A model generated the notes under the pieces. It searched no databases. It was given only the letters and a program-made list of their open reading frames with translations, and was not told where the DNA came from. This document shows positions 8,629 to 17,386 of a DNA stretch of 64,000 bases, one piece after another. Made by a program: the position numbers and the translations under genes. The stretch covers positions 654,886 to 718,885 of the forward strand of contig JAHDYR010000015.1 of the NCBI GenBank assembly GCA_019828565.1, written 5' to 3'. Positions within the stretch are counted from its first letter, which is position 1. Each line of letters starts with the position of its first letter. Source of the stretch: Carpediemonas membranifera BICM. Taxonomy: Eukaryota > Protista > Fornicata.

Positions 8629-10873
8629 ATGCCTGTTGACATTGAAGACTCTGTAGCTAGGAATGGCAAGTCTCGGATGCCTAAGGCCTTGACGGCCACG
8701 CTCTTTGTCGCCGACGACAAGGTGGTGCATCCGCTCCAAAGAATCAACCCCAACTCCATGAAAACGATCGATACAGTGTCTTTTGAGGATATATTTGAGC
8801 TCTCGCTCTTTCAGGAGGTCGTTGACGCCCTCAGCGCCGCATCCAGAATTACCTCACAGATGCTGACGCCGTCGGGCGACGAGGGGATCACAGACCGACC
8901 CAGCAACCTCCCTGTGCTGTTCAAACGGATATGGGACCGGATACAGTTCACCGCTGAGGCGGCGGAGCAGACCTTGGGTCCATGGGTCGTGGCCATGAGT
9001 CAGCGCGCGGGGCTCCATGGCGCGGAGGTTACTATCCATCTGTCCAGGAGGGTGCTGGCAGTGTGGGTCGTGTGCGGCGTGCGACTCCCCGACTCGCCGC
9101 TCCCGCCGTTCATCCGGGACCTGTGTCTAACACACGGTATCGATGGGGCCGCGGCCGAGGGGCTGTGGGCCGCCATGCCGGTGATGACCGCCGAACAGTT
9201 CGCGGACAAGGTCGGCTTCGTCAGACTGTTCGCCACACAGATGTCGACGTTGGCATCGCGGAGCTTCGCCAGCCGGGTGTCAGTCGTGTCGCTGAGGGAG
9301 AAAAACCGCTTCCTCAGCGAAAGGACCGTGTTCCTCGAGTCTCTCATCCAGCAGCGCGGCAAGGACCTCATACAAGCCAACCAGCAGCTCAGCGCCTCCC
9401 TAGCCACACGGCGTCTCTTCCTCAGCCGCGTCAGCCACGACATGCGGGGCCCCCTGCTCGGCGTTGTCGGCACGGCCCAGCTGCTCGAGGATGACGTTCA
9501 GACACAGATACTATCAGATGTTGAGCGGCGGTCGAGTCTGAAGATAATGAGATCATCAGTGGAGATTCTGCTGTCGTTCGTGGACAGTCTGCTTGACTTC
9601 TCGACTTTGGTCAGCGCAGATGATAGCCGACCGCTGGTCACTCTCGAGGAGAAACCGGTCGATCTTCGCGCCTTTACCCCCAGCGTAGTGTCGCTCTTCC
9701 ACGCAGTTATGGTCCAGAAGGAGCTTGCAGTGTCGATCAACATATCTAACAGCGTCCCCAGCGCCATCATGATAGATCCCGTCCGGCTGGCCCAGCTGAT
9801 GACGAACTTCATGGGTAATGGAGTCAAGTTCAGTCAGCCTGGGGGGAGGATCGAGGTCCACGTCGATAGGATCGACCCAGGATCGCTGCCCCCGTGTATG
9901 CCCGAGGGGGCGTACGCGATCATCGCCTCCCCCACCCTCTACTCTACCCAGACGCTGCCGTCGGACGAGGAACCAATGGTCACCCTGCACTGTCTCGCCG
10001 AGCTCAAGGGAACGCTGCCTGCCACGGACGACGCCACGGCTCTCATCAGCATTGTCGTGGCGGACACGGGTCCGGGCATCAACCCCGCCCAGCTGTACGA
10101 TATCTTCTCCGCATTCGCCCAGCAAGAGATCTGGACCTCGAGGGTCTACGGTGGGTCGGGACTGGGACTTTCGATGTGCAGGTCCGTGTGCGTCGACATG
10201 TACGGCGGCGTGATTGCTGCCACAAACCGGCCCGACGGCGGGGCTCTGTTCGCTGCCTTCCTGCCCATGAAACTGACTGACGAGACACCAGTCGACCCCT
10301 TCAAGGAGATGCCATCGAGCCATCCATTGTTCAAACACAAGGCCAGGTCGCGGAATCCGCTGCTGTCTCCGCACCTCGACCCCGTCCCACACGAGGTCCC
10401 GCAGGATAGCCCTGACTTTATGGACCCGAGCCAGATTCGGATACTGGTGGTCGACGACCTCGACGTGAACAGGGTCATCGTCGGGCGACTGCTTAAGATG
10501 GCGCTGAGACGGACGGGACGGCCCTACAGCATTTCATACGCATGCGGTGGGTACGAATGCCTGCAGCTGACCGAGAAGAACACCTATGATATTAGTATGC
10601 CCCCGTTACCCCTGTTACACAGTCCTCCTCGACCTCCACATGCCCGATCTAGACGGCACAGAGGTCGTCCGCCAGATAAGGGCCAGGGAGCGCGACCAGC
10701 CGGGCGACCTGGGCCATCAGCCTGTCCTCGCCCTGAGTGCGAGTGACCCCCAAGTGCTGGCCGAGCTCTGCACCGAGGAGGGGTTCGACGGGTTCCTCCA
10801 GAAGCCTTTCAAACAGGCCGAGCTCGACAGCATACTCCATAAGTTTGGCGGCAGCACTAATAGCTTGTCATAA
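8629..10873 (+). CDS. Cytosolic hybrid sensor histidine kinase: PocR-like sensor + HisKA + HATPase_c + receiver; join(8629..10594,10623..10873); start uncertain (8629 or 8677)
   Basis: H-box FLSRVSHDMRGPL, N-box TNFMGNGVKFS, G1 DTGPGI, G2 GGSGLGLS. REC ILVVDDLDVNR...YDIILLDLHMPDLDG...GFDGFLQKPF is restored by removing a 28-nt intron. N-terminal FQEVVDALSAASRI...ITDRPSN...AGL...WVVCGVR...MPVMTAEQF is PocR-like. Confidence 0.9.
10595..10622 (+). other. 28-nt spliceosomal intron in the histidine kinase receiver domain
   Basis: GTATGC...GTTACACAG; removal joins ORFs 8515..10746 and 10586..10873 into YDIILLDLHMP. Confidence 0.88.
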
Positions 10874-10918
10874 TTTATAAACAGAAAGGGATGCCATAGA
10901 AAGAAGCTGCTTGCTTGC

Positions 10919-11764
10919 CTACCCCAGGCGCATTATGATCATCGCGGGCAGAGTCATGAAGAGTACTAGGCCCTCCACCATGCTCGCCACGTTGATGCTC
11001 ATCGTCAGCATGAGGACTGTGACGCGGACGGGGTGCTCCCCGATGATCGTCTCCGTTGCGACAGGGAGCGAGAGAGGCTGGTGCGGGGTTTGGGGGTCCG
11101 TCGGAACAATGGTCGGGGTGTACTGCACTGGCGACGGGAAGGCCGACTCGACCTGCTGCGACAGCCGTGGCCGGGTGATGGTGAGGCCGATGCCGTCGAT
11201 GAGCGCGAGTGTCAGCTGGACAAGCCCTCCGCACCACAGCACGTTGACTATCGTGCCTGCGTAGTAGCTCAGCGCTGCAGAGATCAGCAGGGCTGTGGGC
11301 ATGAACAGGTTGGCGCCCACGAAGAAGAAGACCGACGCCACGGCGGTGCGCCAAAAGTATTGCTCGGTGGCGGACCGTGTCTGGAACTTATCCCTGTCGT
11401 CGCCCCCAACAACAGGGCTCTGGAGCAGTAGCTGGGGCGTCGTCATCTTGCGCCGGGGGCCGTCGCGGATGTCGAGGCGGAGGAGGTAAGCGGGGCCGGG
11501 GGAAGACACTGAAGACACCGTCTGCTCGCTTGCACAGGAGCGCACTGATTCTCGGGAATCAGACTCACAGGCTATCTCATGGTGCCCTATGAGCGGAGAG
11601 GCCGTTACTGCCTCACGTAGGACGCGGGGACTGCCGCTGTCATCCGTACTTGGCGGTGTGCGTTGCTCCGTTGAAGATTGTGATATAGTGATCTCCACAT
11701 CAGACGGACTGAGCTCTGCTGAAGCGGAGGCAGCTTGGAAGCTCCCCAGCAGGTCGAACACCAT
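10919..11764 (-). CDS. Hypothetical membrane protein (Ser-rich N-terminus, about 3-4 TM helices)
   Basis: 281-aa ORF with hydrophobic segments in the C-terminal half; convergent with the kinase gene. Confidence 0.65.
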   Translation of the reverse strand: MVFDLLGSFQAASASAELSPSDVEITISQSSTEQRTPPSTDDSGSPRVLREAVTASPLIGHHEIACESDSRESVRSCASEQTVSSVSSPGPAYLLRLDIRDGPRRKMTTPQLLLQSPVVGGDDRDKFQTRSATEQYFWRTAVASVFFFVGANLFMPTALLISAALSYYAGTIVNVLWCGGLVQLTLALIDGIGLTITRPRLSQQVESAFPSPVQYTPTIVPTDPQTPHQPLSLPVATETIIGEHPVRVTVLMLTMSINVASMVEGLVLFMTLPAMIIMRLG

Positions 11765-11935
11765 CTGTGGTTAAACTGGAACAAGATTTCCGCTAAATTC
11801 CGACCATGAGGACCGGGTGTGACTGGAGACACACTCTTGCCTTGCCGCCAGCTGACCCCAAACCGTGAGTAGTCCCTTTTTATTTTTGTAGTCAAATCTC
11901 AGATCACCCGAGGTAAAGTGCGAAAAAGTCAAAGG

Positions 11936-13699
11936 TCAATCATCAAACATCAACCCGTTCGCCGCGTCGTCGATGCACCGCGCCACCACGCCTGCTGCTC
12001 GCACGAGAGTGTCCGGACTGACCTTATCGGGGGTGTCCTCCCTCGTGTGGTAGTAGGGCAGCCCCATGTAGAGGTCCGGGATGAAGAGCAGCGTCACTGC
12101 GTCCACACCGCCTTGAGAGAACACCGCGGCGTCAGTCCCGCCGTCGAGCAGGCCCAGGGACCGCGCCTCCATCGACCCGCCCATGTCCAGGAAGTAACTT
12201 ACCAGATCCGCCGAGTGGGATGTCCGCGTCGTCCGCTCCCGGTCGAGGATGATCGTCTTGGACCCGGACCCGACCCCGTCCAGGTTCACCATGAGGACTT
12301 GGCCGCCCGAGGCTCTGATGGAGTCGAATTCCTCGTGATGGGAACGGAAGTAGGCCCTGGCGCCACGGAGACCGCACTCCTCGCTGCCAAAGGAGACCAG
12401 ACGCACCTCAAGATTGTTGCGGTCAAGGTTGGTTTCGACTGATTTTTCAAGATACGTTTTGATACATTTGCCGAGACCGGCGAGGACTGCAACGCCTCCG
12501 AGATTGTCCATCGCACCGGGAACTCTGTTACCGCCGAACAGGAACAACAGCGGCGTTACACTGCCGAGGGCCCCCAGGAAGAGGCCCAGGACCGCCCGGG
12601 AGGCTATGATGTGACCTAAAAGTGCGGGAAACCACACGGCGGCCACGGCCATGGCCACGCCGACCAGGGAGGAGAGTGTTATCCCCGTAACACTGAGCAC
12701 GGCGGAGACGGTGAACAGCCAAGGATGGCGGTACCGCAGCCAGTACTCCGGGGCCGAGTCGTGGTGGGCTGAGACAATCAGGAGGCTGCGGGGCGGACCG
12801 CGGGTCGAGGACAACACCGGTGTCTTGGGACTGGCGACTGACTCGTGCGGCGTCACGGTGAGGTCGGTCTCGGTGTCGCTGAGGGCCGTTTCGCTGTCCG
12901 AGCAGACCTCGATCGTTGGGCGGGGGACGAAGCGGGCTATGGCGTTCATGCTGGTGTGGCGGGGGAAGAGGGGGTTGAGTGCCTCGCCGTACATGAAGAA
13001 AGTGTGCACAACAACGAAGACAATGACACCAACAAGCGCTAGACAGAGAGCAAGCGGCCAGTAAAGCACGGTTGAGGACGCAATAAGAGCGTGGCGTGTG
13101 TAAACAAACAACACCACGGCCACCGCCCCGAGAAGGAAGGCCATCCGGAGCCAGCTGAAGAACAAAGCAGGGTGAGTCTCGAACTCCTCAGCACTCACCT
13201 CAGCGTGCGGCAGAAGGCCCTCGAAATAGCGCTGCACGGCCTTACCGCGCATGTACTCCTGCCTGGTGCCGGGCATGCCGGGGCCGGGGTCCGCGCAGAT
13301 GCTGGAGACGACCGCGTGCATGTCACTGCCGAGGTCCTCGGAGGAGAGCACTAGGAGACGCAATCCACCTATACACTGCGGGGGGAGGTTCTGGGCCATG
13401 CTGTTCCGCCGTTCGATGAGGTCCTGTGACGCTGTCCGCCTTTGAACATGGCCCCGTGGTGTCCGGGGAGTTCTGGGAGTTCTAGGCGAGCGCGGTGACC
13501 TCCTTTGCGTCGCTGAACTTGGTTCCTCATCGATTTCGGCGATGGGGAGGTCTTTCAAGGCGAACATCTGTGGTTGGCAAAACCCGCCGACGGACCGATC
13601 GGCTGCCACGATTGAAGCGGCGCGAGACAATCGAGACTGTTGAACTGCATTTGGCAGGGCGGGGGTTGGCTTGGGGAGTGGACTGCGTTGAGTTACCAT
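11936..13699 (-). CDS. Membrane-associated M28 family zinc peptidase
   Basis: Metal ligand and catalytic motifs AHHDS, GAMDNLGG, GSEECGLRGA, NLDGVG, GTDA, YYHTREDTPD; TM hairpins before and inside the catalytic domain. Confidence 0.88.
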   Translation of the reverse strand: MVTQRSPLPKPTPALPNAVQQSRLSRAASIVAADRSVGGFCQPQMFALKDLPIAEIDEEPSSATQRRSPRSPRTPRTPRTPRGHVQRRTASQDLIERRNSMAQNLPPQCIGGLRLLVLSSEDLGSDMHAVVSSICADPGPGMPGTRQEYMRGKAVQRYFEGLLPHAEVSAEEFETHPALFFSWLRMAFLLGAVAVVLFVYTRHALIASSTVLYWPLALCLALVGVIVFVVVHTFFMYGEALNPLFPRHTSMNAIARFVPRPTIEVCSDSETALSDTETDLTVTPHESVASPKTPVLSSTRGPPRSLLIVSAHHDSAPEYWLRYRHPWLFTVSAVLSVTGITLSSLVGVAMAVAAVWFPALLGHIIASRAVLGLFLGALGSVTPLLFLFGGNRVPGAMDNLGGVAVLAGLGKCIKTYLEKSVETNLDRNNLEVRLVSFGSEECGLRGARAYFRSHHEEFDSIRASGGQVLMVNLDGVGSGSKTIILDRERTTRTSHSADLVSYFLDMGGSMEARSLGLLDGGTDAAVFSQGGVDAVTLLFIPDLYMGLPYYHTREDTPDKVSPDTLVRAAGVVARCIDDAANGLMFDD

Positions 13700-13841
13700 C
13701 CCTCTGCCTCAGATGCGGGAGAGGAGGCGATGCTTCGTCATCACGGGCAAGACTCTCTTAACTATTGACAGAGACATACCCGACACTCATTCTGAATTCC
13801 AGAGATATTTATGTGAATCACAGTATATCATCTGAGGCTGT

Positions 13842-14608
13842 CGTAAATGAATCTCCTTGCACCTCGAACCAATGATACTTGATTCTGCCGCCGAATGATC
13901 GCGAAAACAGCCTTTCCGAACACACCGCTCGCAATGAGCCCGATCGCAAAACCAAAGGGCCGCAAACAGCGCGTTACGTGGACGGAGGAGCTGCACAAGA
14001 AATTCGAGGACATCGTGATGGACGTGGGCATCCGCTCCGCCCAACCGCGCTACATCCTGACGCTCATGGACACCGACGGCCTCTCGCGCGAGAACGTCGC
14101 GTCGCATCTGCAGAAGTTCCGCCACAAGATCATGCGGATCCACGGTCTCGCCTCCATTGACGACCTCAGCGACGAGCACGGCATGCGCATCGACGAGATC
14201 CGCGAGCGTCTTCCCACGCCGCCCCCGCGCAGACGCAGACGCCGCCGCGTCGAGCCCTCGCTCGCGGCGCTCACCCAGGTCGCGTTCAGCGAGTTCACGC
14301 CCACGACGCAGTCCGACGCGTCGCCGCCAGCCACGTTCGCCGCGCCGACCGGGCGCCACGTGGTGCCGATCATCGGCGACCCCGACAGACACCACAGCCT
14401 GCCCGCATTCCTGCTACACTAGACCACCATCCGAGCTCTCTATGTTATGCTCCGATAAACTGCACTGCCTTGGTCTCTTTATGCAGACGCCGCGCCGTCT
14501 TCACGGCACGATGAACGAGCCGACCGCCACCACGTTCACGGCCGCCATGAACAGGATGCCCTCGACCAGGCCTGCCCCGGCGATGATGATTCCAAGCCAG
14601 GCGAGACG
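13842..14608 (+). repeat. 767-bp segment, copy 1 of an inverted duplication (partner 34532..35298)
   Basis: End sequences match as reverse complements, lengths are equal, and ORF translations are identical in several frames. Confidence 0.95.
13895..14422 (+). CDS. GARP-type (SHAQKYF class) Myb-like transcription factor, copy 1
   Basis: KQRVTWTEELHKKF...AQPRYIL..M...GLSRENVASHLQKFR is the B-motif of type-B ARR/GLK proteins; poly-Arg putative NLS; no receiver domain. Confidence 0.92.
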   Translation: MIAKTAFPNTPLAMSPIAKPKGRKQRVTWTEELHKKFEDIVMDVGIRSAQPRYILTLMDTDGLSRENVASHLQKFRHKIMRIHGLASIDDLSDEHGMRIDEIRERLPTPPPRRRRRRRVEPSLAALTQVAFSEFTPTTQSDASPPATFAAPTGRHVVPIIGDPDRHHSLPAFLLH

Positions 14609-15166
14609 GCGGTGGGGCGGGGTCGGTGAGCTCCTGGCCCTCTTGGGGTTGATCTCCATGGTGTAGGCCATGCCGATGACCACGGCGGATTCAAGCATCT
14701 TCATGAAGCCAAGGATCTGGATTGCGAGGATAAGGATACGGATGTTGAAGTAGAGGCAGGCCGCCCCAAACACCAGGGCGAAGGGCACGATCACACAGTT
14801 GAACAGGAACAGCGTCGCCGTGGCCTCCACACACAGCGCCCGGGCACGATTACCGGGCTTCTCGGCGTACAGCGGAGCGTGGTCGACGTCATACCCCGCG
14901 TCGGGGGACGGCGGCATCATGGGGGATGCGAACTGGATGTCGTCATGGTTGGTAGGATAGTTCGGAGGACGATACTTCGCATGTTCATTGTCACTACTCG
15001 AGCTGCTGGAGCTGGATGAGCCCGCTGTATCAACTTTCTGCGGAGAAAGAAGAGAATCTTGCTCGGCTGGACCCATGGCTGGTATTGGATCACGCGGGGC
15101 GTCATATGGGCTTGATATGTATGACGTAGTACCATAGTCAATGTCGTAGTTGATATCGTCGGTCAT
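14501..15166 (-). CDS. Hypothetical membrane protein, Tyr/Pro/Ser-rich N-terminus + about 3 TM helices
   Basis: ORF 14501..15175 with first ATG at 15166; apparent paralogue at 35487..36206. Confidence 0.7.
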   Translation of the reverse strand: MTDDINYDIDYGTTSYISSPYDAPRDPIPAMGPAEQDSLLSPQKVDTAGSSSSSSSSSDNEHAKYRPPNYPTNHDDIQFASPMMPPSPDAGYDVDHAPLYAEKPGNRARALCVEATATLFLFNCVIVPFALVFGAACLYFNIRILILAIQILGFMKMLESAVVIGMAYTMEINPKRARSSPTPPHRRLAWLGIIIAGAGLVEGILFMAAVNVVAVGSFIVP

Positions 15167-15762
15167 GTCCACCACTGTCTCCTGAGATTGAGAGGATTAA
15201 AATTCTGGATTGAGCTCAGATCGGCCGGATTGGGAGATATTGTGGACTTAGCGAGTTGGGTCAATTCCCATCGGATGGTCAGACAAGCCGGGCTGCCCAT
15301 CAACGCCCGTGGTTGACTGCAAACCCAGCTACACGGAACAGAAGAAGCAAGCACTGCCCACTGCGCCCGAACTGCAGGATGTCCCCAAAATGTATGCAGC
15401 ATGAGCACAACACCGGGTAACTTCTGCTCAAATGCACTCTCAAAATGCAGTTTAAGGAACAATGATTGAAATGATCTGGTACAGGAGGCAGCCCCAAGCT
15501 ATGGTATGGAGGGGCGATTCAACACCTACCTAGCACTTCCTAGAGCTGATATGACGTTTCCGCGAATTCCCGACGTCGGTCAACGCGGTTCCTGGTGTGA
15601 CCCAAACTTTGAGATCTCTGCCAAAGCTGTCCACTGGCCAGTCAGGGGTCAACTATGTCCATGAAACAGCCACGTTGAAGCCCGTCCTGCCATTTATGTG
15701 ACGAGCTGGGCCCTTTATGATCCGCATGTATCATCGTCTCGAAACGACTTCGTTGCAGCGAA

Positions 15763-17220
15763 ATGTCTCTCCTGGAGAGCATCGCTCTTCGAGGAACGCT
15801 GTGCGTACGATCCTCATTACCAAAACATCGTGTGTATGAAGCATACAACCTGATAGACCTTCCCCCCCACATATGTAGCTGCATCTTTCTCTCTCTCGGC
15901 CTCCGCCCAATGGAGGAAGCTTACTGGTTCATGAATCGCACCACAGTCATAGCAGCGATCGAAGGCATTAATGGAGAATCGACACGCCACGTTTCGTCCT
16001 CGGGCGTTGTGACCCATTATTGCGTTGTTGCGGGCCGGCTCTTCCAACGCACTTACAAGCCGTTCCCGGACACTAACGACGATATAGCAACGCTTGAGAC
16101 ACCTTTTGTCCGTATTTCCATCCCGCCCGTCATCGCCATCACGACGAACGCCCACGAGGACCGGCCCTCCTTCGGGACACTCGCCCTGACAACTCACGGA
16201 CTGTACGCCTGGGGCTGTAACTCTTCCTGCCAGCTAGGACTCAGCAAGCCCACAGTCCACGAGCCGCAGCGGGTCCGGCTCACCCGTTGCCCAAGTGTGG
16301 CCGCCGCCCTGGCCGCCTGCCCCAGGTACCTCCGCTACGAGGTGTTCCGGGGCATGTGGGCCGGGCCAGACCAGTCCTTCGTCAACACCACGGCTGGGCT
16401 CGTGGCGTCCGGATGGAACTACTGCGGGTGCCTCGGCCTCGACGCCCGGTGCCAGGGGGTGGCCGAGTTCACACCGGTCCGGTTTCCCCCGTTCAGCGGT
16501 ATCACCAACGTGTCCCTATTCGGCATGTCGACCGCCGTCTTCGTGGGCGACATGTGCTACGTGGCAGGTTGGAACGACAGCTGCAGGCTCGGCTTGTCGA
16601 GCGGCAGCACCATCGACACGTTCACACTGCTGCCATTCATGGTCTCGGACATCCAGTGCGAGAACTTCTTCTCCTTTGTCATCACGGGCGGTCGTATCCA
16701 GGTGTACGGCCACGTCACTGACCCCTGCATCCTCGGCCTGCTCCCCAGTTCGTCCGGCAGCAAGAAGCGCATCAAGGGACTCGACCTGCGCTTCCCGTGG
16801 CCGGTCACCCGCTTCTATGCCCACCGCTCAGTCTACATCTGTCGGGCGGACGACCGGCAGTGGTTCATCCAGGGCAGGAACTCCCACGGCGAGGTCGGGG
16901 CCGGGGCCATGGGCGAGTGGGTGACCGACTGGCACCGCCTGCCCTTCGCCGTCGGTCGCGTCTACAGGGGGCACCATGCCACGTGGATAAGGGACACCGA
17001 CGGCCAGCTGTGGGGCTGCGGGTGCAACGCTGGGGGCCGGCTGGGCGTGGGGTTGTCCGAGTCGTGCGTGCGGACGTGGGCCAAGGTCGTGGGGACGCCC
17101 CGCCTGCTCACCATGGAGACGCCACGGCCCTGGAAGCTCGACGGGCAGCTCACAGTCGTCAGGCGGGCACGGAAGGCCAGCCGTACCAAGGCAGAGAAGA
17201 GGCGAGATAGTGAATCCTGA
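15763..17220 (+). CDS. RCC1/BLIP-II-like beta-propeller repeat protein
   Basis: Repeated LYAWGCNSSCQLGL, LVASGWNYCGCLGL, YVAGWNDSCRLGL, QGRNSHGEVG, LWGCGCNAGGRLGVG. Confidence 0.85.
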   Translation: MSLLESIALRGTLCVRSSLPKHRVYEAYNLIDLPPHICSCIFLSLGLRPMEEAYWFMNRTTVIAAIEGINGESTRHVSSSGVVTHYCVVAGRLFQRTYKPFPDTNDDIATLETPFVRISIPPVIAITTNAHEDRPSFGTLALTTHGLYAWGCNSSCQLGLSKPTVHEPQRVRLTRCPSVAAALAACPRYLRYEVFRGMWAGPDQSFVNTTAGLVASGWNYCGCLGLDARCQGVAEFTPVRFPPFSGITNVSLFGMSTAVFVGDMCYVAGWNDSCRLGLSSGSTIDTFTLLPFMVSDIQCENFFSFVITGGRIQVYGHVTDPCILGLLPSSSGSKKRIKGLDLRFPWPVTRFYAHRSVYICRADDRQWFIQGRNSHGEVGAGAMGEWVTDWHRLPFAVGRVYRGHHATWIRDTDGQLWGCGCNAGGRLGVGLSESCVRTWAKVVGTPRLLTMETPRPWKLDGQLTVVRRARKASRTKAEKRRDSES

Positions 17221-17386
17221 AAGGGGGTGATGCAGAGGCTTGCATCGTCCCGCCATAAAGCATTTTACGGAGGAGCAAAATTTTAACACGGGTGCTACCA
17301 GTGGCCTCCGTTTGCCCTGTGTGCCACGTCATCGTGTCCAGCAGGGGCGTAGGGCGACTCGGCATTTCGAGTTTTCACTCACAACG

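Noticed and set aside
8629-10873. Bacterial contamination as the source of the histidine kinase
   Set aside because: It has a host-type 28-nt intron, host-like codon usage and eukaryotic neighbours.
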